Counted from the stretch's first letter, positions 1-11,550 are shown. The stretch is 64,000 nt of DNA from Octopus vulgaris (GCA_951406725.2 OX597839.1:20398001-20462000); one strand, 5' to 3'. Notes: generated by a model from the letters alone, not told the origin. A program made the numbers and translations.

Positions 1-162
1 CCACTGCGTGGCACCTTGACCAAGTGTCTTCTACTATAGCCTCGGGCCGACCAAAGCCTTGAGTGGATTTGGTAGACGGAAGCTGAAAGAAGCCTGTCGT
101 ATATGTGTGTGTGTCTGTGTGTCTGACCGGTTGTCCCCACCACCATTGTTTGACAACTGATA
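1..162 (+). mobile_element. SINE family A fragment, cut by the window start
   Basis: Matches the family A body (ccactgcgtggcaccttg...gtggatttggtagacgga...gaaagaagcctgtcg) and is nearly identical to 1043-1212. Confidence 0.85.
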
Positions 163-195
163 TATACATATGTGTGTGTGTGTGTGTGTGTGTAT

Positions 196-361
196 AATGC
201 TCTTAGCTTAGTTTTTGCATGGGGCTGGCCAGATTGGAGCAATCTCAAGATTAATCAGCCGAAATTGCGAGGATGATCCGGTTCTTGACTGAAGATTAAA
301 AGCTTCGAATGACCCGTCCGTATTTTTTGTATCGTCTTCTGGATGTTTTGCGTTCTTGTCC

Positions 362-460
<99 letters not shown>

Positions 461-752
461 TGTGTGTCTGTGTCTGTGTGTGTGTGTCTGTGTGCGTGTG
501 TGTGTGTGTGTGGGTGTATGTATGTATGTATATATATAACATAGGACAAGAACGCAAAACATCCAGACAGTTAGATGATACAAAAACGGAACAACAAGAC
601 ATCCAGATTGACAATACAAATAAAACAAGGACGAGTCATTCGGAACTTTCTTTCCTCAGTCGAGTTCCAAATTATTTTTACAATTTCTGTTGGTCAAACT
701 CGAGATTGCTCCAATCTGGCCAGCCCCAAGGAAAAACTAAGCTAAGAGCATT
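196..752. repeat. Diverged inverted repeat (arms ~196-362 and ~543-752) around a (TA)n(TG)n tract; possible Penelope-like element remnant
   Basis: aatgctcttagcttagttttt..ggggctggccagattggagcaatctc at 196 is the reverse complement of gagattgctccaatctggccagcccc..aaaaactaagctaagagcatt at ~702-752. tctggatgttttgcgttcttgtcc pairs with ggacaagaacgcaaaacatccaga. Confidence 0.8.
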
Positions 753-981
753 CGATTCCTTGGAAGAAAGCAGCGAATATATACGAAAACAAGGACGGGC
801 AAAAAACGGAGAATGTTACACAAATACAAATAACAGGACATAACAACAGGTGTCTTTCGACTAAGGACGAATTAAATCAAGCTGGCGTGTGTGGAAATAT
901 AGCCTTACGGCAGGGATACAAGATTTCACCGACACAGGGAGGAATATAGATGCTGCACGGACGATGGCCGAACAAAGAACA

Positions 982-1265
982 GCGCAGGAGTGGCTGTGTG
1001 GTAAATAGCTTGCTTACCAACTACATGGTTCTGGATTCTGTCCCACTGCGTGGCACTTGACCAAGTGTCTTCTACTATAGCCTCGGGCCGACCAAAGCTT
1101 TGAGTGGATTTGGTAGGTAGACGGAAGCTGAAAGAAGCCCATCGTATATGTGTGTGTGTGTGTGTCTGTGTGTCTGACCGGTTGTCCCCACCACCATTGT
1201 TTGACAACTGATATTGATGAATTTACTTCACGTAACTTAGCAGTTCGGCAAAAGAGACCGATAGA

Positions 1266-1268
<3 letters not shown>
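982..1268 (+). mobile_element. SINE family A, 3'-truncated, running into (GATA)n
   Basis: tRNA-like head gcgcaggagtggctgtgtggtaa, body and internal (TG)n; ends at gaccgatagaata. Confidence 0.85.
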
Positions 1269-1339
<71 letters not shown>

Positions 1340-1470
1340 AAAGAAAGAGAGCGAGAGAGATAGAGAGATAGATAGAGAGATAGAGAGAGAGAGAGAGAAA
1401 GAGAGAGATAAAGAGAGAGGGAGAGAAAGAGAGAGAGAGTTAGATAGATAGATAAATAGATAGATAAATC
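1268..1470. repeat. (GATA)n / (GA)n microsatellite
   Basis: Direct inspection. Confidence 0.95.
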
Positions 1471-1557
1471 GATAGGAAAACACATCATTGGAGGTTTGTG
1501 TCTCATACATACACTTAGAAACACAATTGCACATACATATTCAAAAGTGCATGTATA

Positions 1558-1588
<31 letters not shown>

Positions 1589-1852
1589 GCCAACATAAAC
1601 AGATTCAAACACGCGCACTCACAACAGCAGCATCGAATGCAAACACAGATATATAACCTTACATTAAATACTCAAAGTATATTTCCTTTATTTCCGGGGG
1701 AAAACATCCGAAGTTTCGATCCGCCATTTTATGCAAAAAGATCAACGATTGTGTCTTATTACCTTACACCCCTCCCCTCCTTTTCTTATCTTCGTTTTCT
1801 TTTCCATTAACTTCCTTTTCTTCTTCATGTATTACTCTTTCTTCGTGGTTTA

Positions 1853-1941
1853 TTTCTTCTTCTTCTTCTTCTTCTTCTTCTTCTTCTTCTTCTTCTTCTT
1901 CTTCTTCTTCTTCTTCTTCTTCTTCTTCTTCTTCTTCTCCT

Positions 1942-1973
<32 letters not shown>

Positions 1974-2267
1974 TTCTTTTACTTCTTCTTCTTTCTTTCT
2001 CCTTCTTTTACTTCTTCTTTTACTCCTTCTTCTTCTTCCTCTTCTTGTTTTCCTTCTTCCTTTTCTCATTCTTCTTCTTCTTCTTCTTCATCCTCTTCTC
2101 ATTCTTCTTCTTCTTCTCCTTCTTCTTCTTCTTTTACTTCTTCTTCTTCTTCTTTTACTTCTTCTTCCTCTTCTTCTTTTACTTCTTCTTCTTCCTCTGC
2201 TTCTTTCTTCTTCTTCTTCTTCTTCTTCTTCTTCTTCTTCTTCTTCTTCTTCTTCTTCTTCTTCTTC
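1853..2267. repeat. (TTC)n microsatellite, partly degenerate
   Basis: Direct inspection; explains the poly-F, poly-S and poly-E ORFs. Confidence 0.95.
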
Positions 2268-2274
2268 GTGACAT

Positions 2275-2545
2275 TTCTTGTTGCTCTTTGCGATCTGAGT
2301 TCAAATGTTATATAGGTCGCCTTTGATATTCATCCCTTCGAGGTCAACAAAACAAGTACCAGCCAATGCAGTCGGCTGGCCCCTTCACCCTGAAAACTGT
2401 TAGCCTTGTGCCAAAACTTGAAACCATTGGCGAGCTAGTAGAATCATTTGCGAGTTGAATAAAATGCTTAACGCCATTTCTTCTAAAGTTACGTTCGGTG
2501 TTCGAATTCCGCTGAGGTCCACCGGCTCCTTCCTCAGTGGAATGA
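2275..2545 (+). mobile_element. Degenerate SINE family B fragments
   Basis: ctgagttcaaat...ggtcgcctttgatattcatcccttcgaggtc and cgttcggtgttcgaattccgctgaggtc resemble the family B copy at 33826-34055. Confidence 0.6.
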
Positions 2546-2572
2546 TTAAAACATAGAAGAGACATACATATA

Positions 2573-2730
2573 CAGTAATTCCTCGACTATCGCGGGTGTT
2601 ACGTTCCAAAACCCTTCGCGATAGGTGAAAATCCGCGAAGTAGAATCAGTACTGTACTGTATACTTTTTAAATGAATTTTATAATTTGTATATATTTATT
2701 TTATTATAAATGCAAGACAACACCTCACAC
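2573..2730 (+). mobile_element. Tigger/pogo-like MITE end
   Basis: Begins TA|cagtaattcctcg, a Tigger-type terminus. The internal aaaatccgcgaagtagaatcagtactgtactgtata recurs reverse-complemented at ~45448-45484. Confidence 0.6.
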
Positions 2731-2812
2731 TCAATTCCCGAGTTATATATATATATATATCTATACGTATGGCTATATATTTATTTATATATATATGTAT
2801 GTATATGTATTA

Positions 2813-3227
2813 GGCGCAGGAGTGGCTGTGTGGTAAGTAGCTTGCTAAACAACCACATGGTTCCGGGTTCAGTCCCACTGCGTGGCATCTTGGGCAAGTG
2901 TCTTCTGCTATAGCCCCGGGCCGACCAATGCCTTGTGAGTGGATTTGGTAGACGGAAACTGAAAGAAGCCTGTCGTATATATGTATATATATATATGTAT
3001 GTGTGTGTGTGTGTGTGTGTCTGTGTTTGTTCCCCTAGCATCGCTTGACAACCGATGCTGGTGTGTTTACGTCCCCGTCACTTAGCGGTTCGGCAAAAGA
3101 GACCGATAGAATAAGTACTGGGCTTACAAAAAGAATAAGTCTCGGGGTCGATTTGGTCGACTAAAGGCGGTGCTCCAGCATGGCCGCAGTCAAATGACTG
3201 AAACAAGTAAAAGAGAGAGTAAAAGAG
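2813..3227 (+). mobile_element. Full-length tRNA-derived SINE family A (young subfamily)
   Basis: A box-like tggctgtgtgg, B box-like ggttcagtcc, internal (TA)n(TG)n, 3' ggcggtgctccagcatggccgcagtcaaatgactgaaac and an (agtaaaag)n tail; flanked by a 55-bp direct repeat. Confidence 0.93.
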
Positions 3228-3554
3228 TATATCTATACGTATGGCTATATATTTATTTATATATATATGTATGTATATGTATACGTGTATGCATGTATGT
3301 AAGTACACATATACTGTATATACAATACGGTATTTGTATGTTTTTGAGCCTGTAAGCAATTATGCGTTAGGAAATATGTTTCTACATGTTTTCCACGTGT
3401 TTGAAATAGTGTTTCTAAAGTACATTGTTACTAGTATTTCGTAAATTGTAATTTTCGGTATGTTAGTTCAGTTTCCCGATTTGTTTGTACAGCATTGTAA
3501 CATTTGCTTCGTGTATGCATTGACCTTGTGGCAAAATAAAAGCAGACTAAAAAT

Positions 3555-3874
<320 letters not shown>

Positions 3875-3973
3875 AGTCTACTTTAAAAAACAAACATTAA
3901 AAAAAAACATTATGGTACAGGTCAAAACAAAGAATGTGTGTGTGTGTTGTGAGGGTGGGACCTGTGTCTGAAC

Positions 3974-4754
3974 GTGTCAAAGTGCTGTCATCTGCCTGTC
4001 GGCTCTACTCCTGCAACTCAACTTGATTTCGAGCCGGGTCGTCTGCTGCTGGAGAGGACCGATCAGGTAAAGGACCTGGGTATCTTGGTGGATTCCTCCT
4101 TTTCGCCTTCGGCCCAGTGCGTCCATGCTGCCAACAAAGCGCGCGGAATTCTGTTTTTGATTCGACGGTCATTCGGAACGCTCACAGCAGCCATATTCCT
4201 ACCACTCTATGTCACGCTGGTGAGACCCATATTGGAGTATGGGATTCAAGCCTCTTCTCCTTATCTCCTCAAAGACATACAGCATCTCGAAAGAGTCCAG
4301 AGGCTGGCTACCCGCATGGTTCATGGTCTCAAAAATTTGTCCTACGAAGAAAGGCTGAGGACGCTCGACCTTTATTCTCTTGAAAAACGCCGCCGCCGTG
4401 GTGATCTCATTCTCGCCCACAACATCATAAGCGGGAAGTGTAACCTCTCGAAAGAGCTGTTCTTCACTCCTGCTCCGGAGCGTCGGCTGCGGGGTCATTC
4501 CGAAAAGCTCTACCTGCGACGATTTCATCTCAATCGAAGGAGAGGAGCTTTCTCCGTCCGGGTTGCGGATCCGTGGAACAAGCTGCCAGACGAGATGGTG
4601 AAGATGCTGACGACCGCTTTGTTCAAAGCCTCCCTGGACCTCAAGTGGCCTGAACTCTTTACATGAACACCACCCTGTACTTAACTCCATGTCCCCCTAC
4701 ATGGCCTTGCTATTTGCTTTTGAGCCAAATTAACTAACTAACTAACTAACTAAC
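3974..4754 (+). mobile_element. 5'-truncated CR1-type LINE: C-terminal ORF2 (3974-4666), short 3' UTR and (TAAC)n tail
   Basis: Protein motifs VKDLGILVD, LYVTLVRPILEY, LERVQRLATRMV, LSYEERL..LDLYSLEKRRRRGDLI, RGHSEKL and FSVRV..PWNKLP are typical of the CR1-group RT thumb and C-terminus. The frame is open to its stop, followed by six TAAC units at 4731-4754. Confidence 0.92.
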
Positions 4755-5165
4755 AAGACCAACAAAATTTTAAAAATTAACGTGTGATCCTCATTAGAGA
4801 GGAGACGTTCGAAGGCTGCTCCAGGAAAAACCCCATAAAAATACCATGGGTACCCTGAGTCTCGGGACAGGTGCTTTTTTTCCTTTCCTTTTATTTTTTC
4901 CAACTACAGGCGTCTACTTAGGGCAGGTCCGTTCACCCGCACCATTCTCGCCACTTTCATCCACCTTTCAGCAAACTGGCTAGAAGACATTTCCCTCTCT
5001 GCCCTTATTTTCCTTTTGAAGTGAAACTCGAAGAAGTAGATCAAGGATGGGCCAAAGAGAAGGTGTTTGTCTTCAGCCCCTTCAGTCTCATCCAGAATAC
5101 AACCTCTTCCGCCATGGGCACCAGGCATATTAACATAGCCTTTTCCTTCTTGGTTAAATTGAGGC
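4755..5165 (-). mobile_element. Degenerate L1/Tx1-type LINE 3' end (ORF2 C-terminus plus 3' UTR)
   Basis: Minus strand reads AMLICLVPMAEEVVFWMRLKGLKTNTF, then a frameshift to GPSLIYFFEFHFKRKIRAERE....FAERW. This resembles the K..IW..R and F...W C-terminal pattern of Tx1/L1 ORF2. Confidence 0.65.
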
Positions 5166-5176
5166 TGTCAGTTGGA

Positions 5177-5190
5177 TAATAATAATAATA

Positions 5191-5236
<46 letters not shown>

Positions 5237-5259
5237 TGATGATGATGATGATGATGATA

Positions 5260-5313
<54 letters not shown>

Positions 5314-5315
5314 AT
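5177..5315. repeat. (TAA)n(TGA)n(TGG)n compound microsatellite
   Basis: Direct inspection. Confidence 0.95.
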
Positions 5316-5335
5316 TTCTTTATTAATAATAAGAA

Positions 5336-5485
5336 CAATTATCCTTTCTACTATAGGCACAAGGCCTGAAATTTTGGGGGGGAGGCTGGGTGGGGCAGTC
5401 GATTAGATCGACTCCAGTACGCAACTGGTACTTAACAACTTATCGACTCCGAAAGGATGAAAGACAAAGTCGACCTCGGAGGAAC
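5336..5485 (-). mobile_element. SINE family B 3' part (gccttgtgcctatagtagaaaggat tail variant)
   Basis: Reverse complement of the family B body (gaggtcgactttgtctttcatcctttcggagtcgat). Confidence 0.75.
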
Positions 5486-5741
5486 TTAATAATAGTAATA
5501 ACAACAACAACAACAACAACAATAATAATAATAATAATAATAATGATAATTCTACCACCACCACCACTACCACCACTAACGCGACTACTACCACTACTAC
5601 TACTACTACTTCTACAACTTTTCCTCCACCCCCTCGCCGCTCCCTAATATCACCCAGATGTTTTTTCCTTTTGTCTCTATCTTTGATGGCAGCAGGTTGG
5701 ATAATGGTGAAGTAGAGAGAGAGAGAGAGACAGACAGACAG

Positions 5742-5823
<82 letters not shown>

Positions 5824-6002
5824 GCTGAAGTGCTCTTACTCCCATCTTGCCACTTACCCACCCTTATTCTACCCAGGGTTCAGCTTTTATCGTGTTTGTT
5901 TTTTTGTCTTGTGTACACAGGGGTCACAATACCGAAAGTGTTACTTTTTTTTCTTCACAAAATGGGATGTAAAACCCTTTGTTCTCGTCTCTTGATCTTT
6001 AT

Positions 6003-6333
6003 TTATATTTGTTTATTTACCGCTGTTATGTGTGTGTATATATGTGTGTGTGTGTGTGTGTGTGTATGTTTGTGTGTGCGCGCTGGCGGTTGTGCGTGCA
6101 TATATATGTATAATATATATATACATATATATGTGTGTGTGTGTGTATATGTAAATATATATATATATATATATATATATTCCTATGTAATGCACATACA
6201 TATACATATAGATATATAGAGATATATATGTATATCTGTATGCAAGTATATATATATATATATATTTACACACAAACACACGCACACGTGCATAAAAAAA
6301 TATATATAAAAATGATAATATATATTTACGTAA

Positions 6334-6373
<40 letters not shown>

Positions 6374-6376
6374 CTT

Positions 6377-6419
<43 letters not shown>

Positions 6420-6466
6420 CTTTACTTATATACATATATATATATACATATACATGCACATATATG

Positions 6467-6522
<56 letters not shown>

Positions 6523-6598
6523 GTGTGTGAGAGTGCGTTTCTCTCTGCGTATATGTGTGTTTATCAGTATGTTTATTTTTGTCTCACATACACACAGC

Positions 6599-6648
<50 letters not shown>

Positions 6649-6756
6649 CATGTATATGTTTTACTTTTGTATACTTAGGCGTAGAAGTACAAGATACATT
6701 TTGTCTCGTAAGCTGAGAAAACTTATATTTGTTTATTTACCGCTGTTATGTGTGTG

Positions 6757-6802
<46 letters not shown>

Positions 6803-6977
6803 CGTGCGCGCTAGCTGTTGTGCGTGCATATATATGTATAATATATATATATATATATACATATATATGTGTGTGTGTGTGTATATGTAAATATATATAT
6901 ATATATTCATATGTAATGCACATACATATACATATAGATATATATATATATAGATATATATGTATATCTGTATGCAA

Positions 6978-7012
<35 letters not shown>

Positions 7013-7082
7013 CACACAAACACACAAACACACGCACACGTGCATAAAAAAATATATATAAAAATTATATATATTTACGTAA

Positions 7083-7125
<43 letters not shown>

Positions 7126-7304
7126 AACACCTTTACTTATATTCATTATATATATATATATATATATATATACATGCACATGTATGTATATGTATATGTA
7201 TATGTATATATATATATTGTGTGTGTGAGAGTGCGTTTCTCTCTGCGTATATGTATTCCTGTGTGTTTATCACTATGTTTATTTTTGTCTCACATACACA
7301 CAGC

Positions 7305-7339
<35 letters not shown>

Positions 7340-7419
7340 CCTCATCTATATGTTTTACTTTTGTATACTTAGGCGTAGAAGTACAAGATACATTTTGTCT
7401 CGTAAGCTGAGAAAACTTA
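6003..7419. repeat. Tandem duplication of a ~720-bp microsatellite-rich unit (6003-6722 and 6723-7419)
   Basis: Unique anchors ttatatttgtttatttaccgctgttatg and cttaggcgtagaagtacaagatacattttgtctcgtaagctgagaaaactta each occur twice in the same order. Confidence 0.92.
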
Positions 7420-7623
7420 CACACTCGTCGCTGTTCATTTGATCTCATTACGTACTGCTTTCAGACAGTTTCATAAGACAGGCCCGACGGAAACTACCCC
7501 AGGCTGTTCTTCGTACAGACTACGAAAGCTATAACTGAAAAGCTTTAATTCGTTGAGATCATTCATGCAATTAGTTGAAAAGAACTCCCTCTAAGCGTGT
7601 TTAGAATTTAATAGCAAGAAATA

Positions 7624-7785
7624 GGCGCAGGAGTGGCTGTGTGGTAAGTAGCTTGCTAACCAACCACATGGTTCCGGGTTCAGTCCCACTGCGTGGCATC
7701 TTGGGCAAGTGTCTTCTGCTATAGCCCCGGGCCGACCAATGCCTTGTGAGTGGATTTGGTAGACGGAAACTGAAAGAAGCCTGTC

Positions 7786-7845
<60 letters not shown>

Positions 7846-8047
7846 TTGTGTGTCTCCCCCTAGCATTGCTTGACAACCGATGCTGGTGTGTTTACGTCCC
7901 CGTTACTTAGCGGTTCGGCAAAAGGGACCGATAGAATAAGTACTGGGCTTACAAAGAATAAGTCCCGGGGTCGAGTTGCTCGATTAAAGGCGGTGCTCCA
8001 GCATGGCCGCAGTCAAATGACTGAAACAAGTAAAAGAGTAAAAGAGA
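7624..8047 (+). mobile_element. Full-length SINE family A
   Basis: Near-identical to 2813-3227. Confidence 0.93.
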
Positions 8048-8084
8048 AATGTTAAATAGTAAAAAGCATAATATATGATATACT

Positions 8085-8163
8085 ATGGCAATCCCTCAAG
8101 GTCGAGGATGATGGTCTTCGCGCAAATTTATTGGCGAGTCCGCAGGTGACTGATAAGACCAAT
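8085..8163 (-). mobile_element. Possible RTE-type LINE 3' end fragment
   Basis: ggcaatccctcaaggtcgaggatga...ggtgactgataagaccaat resembles reverse-complemented RTE 3' ends as I recall them; not verified. Confidence 0.3.
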
Positions 8164-8387
8164 ATATGATATAAGCGCATGTACGATGTTCGTTTAGGTT
8201 TGGTCGGGTGGTTAGGATGCTTCCTTCTCAAACGTGTTGTTTCGGGTTCGGTTTCACTGCGTGTCACTTGGGGCACGTGTCGTTTAATATAGCTCCGGGC
8301 CGACCCAAGTCTTGGAGAGTGGATTTTGTGTATGAAAACTGCAGAAAGGCTGTTGTCGCGTGTATGTATGTATGTACGTATGTATAC

Positions 8388-8803
8388 TCTCTTTACTCTT
8401 TTACTCTTTTACTTGTTTCAGTCATTTGACTGCGGCCATGCTGGAGCACCGCCTTTAGTCGAGCAAATCGACCCCGGGACTTATTCTTTGTAAGCCCAGT
8501 ACTTATTCTATCGGTCTCTTTTGCCGAACCACTAAGTGACGGGGACGTAAACACACCAGCATCGGTTGTCAAGCAATGCTAGGGGGACAAACACAGATAC
8601 AGAAACACGCACACACTCATATATATATATATACATATACGACAGGCTTCTTTCAGTTTCCGTCTACCAAATCCACTCACAAGGCATTGGTCGGCCCGAG
8701 GCTATAGCAGAAGACACTTGCCCAAGATGCCACGCAGTGGGATTGAACCCGGAACCATGTGGTTGGTTAGCAAGCTACTTACCACACAGCCACTCCTGCG
8801 CCT
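8388..8803 (-). mobile_element. Full-length SINE family A
   Basis: Reverse complement of the family A consensus, from tail to the cctgcgcc head. Confidence 0.93.
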
Positions 8804-9051
8804 ATGTATGTATTTATGTATGTATGTATGTATGTATGTATGTATGTATGTATGTATGTATGTATGTATGCATGCATGCGTGTATGTATGTATGCATGCA
8901 TGGATAAATGGGTGGACGTACGTTCGTATTTATAGATTGATATATGGATGGATAGATGTACGTACGTACGAATGGATTTACGGATGTATGTATGTATGTA
9001 TGCATGTACGTACGGATGGATGGATTGGTGGGTGGGTGGATGCATATCAAA

Positions 9052-9358
9052 TGATCACGTAATCGATAAGACTATCAGATGTTGTAATACATCGCTGGTC
9101 CCAATGCGCTTTGCGTTGTTTTAGCATTCGATCGATTCCACCCTGCCGGTGCGGCGAGCAAGCCACCCATTCCCCCCTGATCGAACAGCTGTTCCATCAT
9201 GGGGTGAATGATTTACAGCTGAGTGAATTGGAGCAAAATGAAATGATTTTTTTTTGTGTGTTTTGCTCAAGAACACAACATGTGCCCGGCCTGTGTATCG
9301 AACCCACGGTTTAGTGATCGTAAGTGCAACACTCTAACCCCTAGGTCATTGTCTTCAC
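9052..9358 (-). mobile_element. Older tRNA-headed SINE sharing the family C2 tail
   Basis: Minus strand has a tRNA-like head (ggttcgatac), a central gtgttcttgagcaaaacac...cactcagctgtaaat segment, and the tail gcgcattgggaccagcgatgt..caacatctgatag as in 12055-12357. Confidence 0.65.
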
Positions 9359-9390
<32 letters not shown>

Positions 9391-9392
<2 letters not shown>

Positions 9393-9610
9393 TCTTTTAC
9401 TCTTATACTTGTTTCAGTCATTTGACTACGGCCATGCTGGAGCACCGCCTTTAATCGAGCAACTCGACCCCGGGACTTATTCTTTTGTAAGCCCAGTACT
9501 TATTCTATCGGTCTCTTTTGCCGAACCGCTAAGTAACGGGGACATAAACACACCAGCATCGGTTGTCAAGCAATGCTAGGGGGACAAACACAGACACACA
9601 AACACACACA

Positions 9611-9674
<64 letters not shown>

Positions 9675-9832
9675 TACGACGGCCTTCTTTCAGTTTCCGT
9701 CTACCAAATCCACTCACAAGGCTTTGGTCAGCCCGAGGCTATAGTAGAAGACACTTGCCCAAGGTGCCACGCAATGGGACTGAACCCGGAACCATGTGGT
9801 TGGTAAACAAGCTACTTACCACACAGCCACTC
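9391..9832 (-). mobile_element. SINE family A
   Basis: Reverse complement of the consensus. Confidence 0.92.
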
Positions 9833-9894
9833 ACTTACAAGGTGTGTCGGCTATTTGAGAACAAAACTTTTAAAGCCATAAAAAAGAAAGAAAT

Positions 9895-9975
9895 GTTCCT
9901 TCTCGAGCCATGCCGGGTTCATAAGGGCCGGTTTCCCGGTTTCAGTGGCGTAGAAATTCCCCACCTGGACGGGAG
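9895..9975 (-). mobile_element. Tail fragment of SINE family C3
   Basis: gttccttctcgagccatg..cataagggccggtttcccggtttc matches 54291-54340. Confidence 0.75.
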
Positions 9976-9999
9976 TAGAAAAGATTATTTTACCGTCCC

Positions 10000-10815
10000 G
10001 ATACTATGAAAAGAAAAGTTGACCTCGGTGGGATTCGAACGCAGAATATAACCAACTAGAAGAAACAGCACAAGGCATTTTGACGTCCTGTATTTTATCG
10101 ACTCGAAAGTATAAAAGGCAAAGCTGACCTCGGCAGGATTTGAACTCAGAACATAAACGATCAGAAGGAACAGCACAGACCATTTTGACGTACTTCAGGC
10201 GTAGGAGTGGCTGTGTGGTAAGTAGCTTGCTTACCAGCCACATGGTTCCGGGTTCAGTCCCACTATGTGTCACCTTGGGCAAGTGTCTCCTACTATAGCT
10301 TCGGGTCGAGCAAAGCCTTTTGAGTGGATTTGGTAAACGGAAACTGAAAGAAGCCCGTCGTGTATATGTATGTGTGTGTGTATGTGTGTGTGTATGTGTG
10401 TGTGTATGTCTGTTGTTTGCCCCCCCCCCCTCAACATCGCTTGACAACCGATGCTGGTGTGCTTACGTCTCCGTAACTTAGCGGTTCGGCAAAACAGACC
10501 GTTAGAATAAGTACTAGGCTTACAAAGAATAAGTCCTAAGGTCCATTTGCTCTACTAAAGGCGGTACTCCAGCATAGCCACAGTCAAATGACTGAAACAA
10601 GTAAAAAGAAGTAAAGAGTATAGGGCAAGGATCGAACTCAGAACATTAAGAACTAGAAGACATATCGCAAATCATTTTGACGTACTTCACTTTATTCGAC
10701 CCGAAAACATTGAAAGGCAAAGGTGACCTGGGCGGGAATCGAACCCAGAACATAAAGAACCAGAAGCAATAAAGTAAATACTTACAAAACATTTTGTCCG
10801 ACGCCTAAACGATTC
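10000..10815 (-). repeat. Tandem ~105-bp units derived from SINE family B, interrupted by a SINE A insertion
   Basis: Four units of aaaggcaaag.tgacct.gg.ggga.t.gaac.cagaacataa...agaag...cattttgacgt, two on each side of the SINE A. Confidence 0.7.
10198..10620 (+). mobile_element. Full-length SINE family A (older subfamily)
   Basis: Matches the consensus, with the older diagnostic variants caaagcc, caacatcgc and actaggc. Confidence 0.92.
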
Positions 10816-11378
10816 GAAATATTTCACATCAAAGAGAAACATTGTGTGAAGAATCGGTTTCGGGTTTGATAACCAAATTCATTCCATGGCGTAAAATACG
10901 TGTCTTCGGCTACAGAATCACGAGTCTCTCCCTATCTATGTTCTCCACCTCCCTTACCGTTTTTTTTTTTTTTTTAGTTTTTTTTTTTTTTTATCCGACG
11001 CCGAAAGAAAGGAAAAACAAAATGGTGCGTTATTTAGAATCTGACCTTTAATTATGCAGCAACGAGGTCAAATGTTGCCAAGTTCTTTCTGCGATAGTTT
11101 AAAGGAGGAAGAAATAGTTTTTGTTTTGTTTGTTTTTTGTTTCTTTTATTTTTTGTGTTATTTTTCTTTTTAAGAATGAAAGAGAAAGGATTGGGAAGAA
11201 GACAAAGAGAAAGATATGATGTAATCGGGAGAGAGAGAGAGAGAGAGAGAGAGAAGTGAGCATGGGAGTGAGAGGAGTGGATAGAGGAGAAAAAAGGAAC
11301 TTAAGAAGTGAAAGAGAGAGAGAGAGAGAGAACTTGTTAAAGTAGGAAAACACAAGAAAGAAGTAATGAATGAAATTC

Positions 11379-11469
11379 ACCTTGGGCAAGTGTCTTCTGC
11401 TATAGCCCCGGGCCGACCAATGCCTTGTGAGTGGATTTGGTAGACGGAAACTGAAAGAAGCCTGTCGTA

Positions 11470-11550
<81 letters not shown>

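Noticed and set aside
4117-4690. Alternative-frame and antisense ORFs over the CR1 fragment
   Set aside because: They are shadows of the GC-rich LINE ORF.
8566-8907. Recurrent peptides such as RQASFSFRLPNPLTRHWSARGYSRRHLPK and YDRLLSVSVYQIHSQG
   Set aside because: They are antisense translations of SINE family A, not a gene family.
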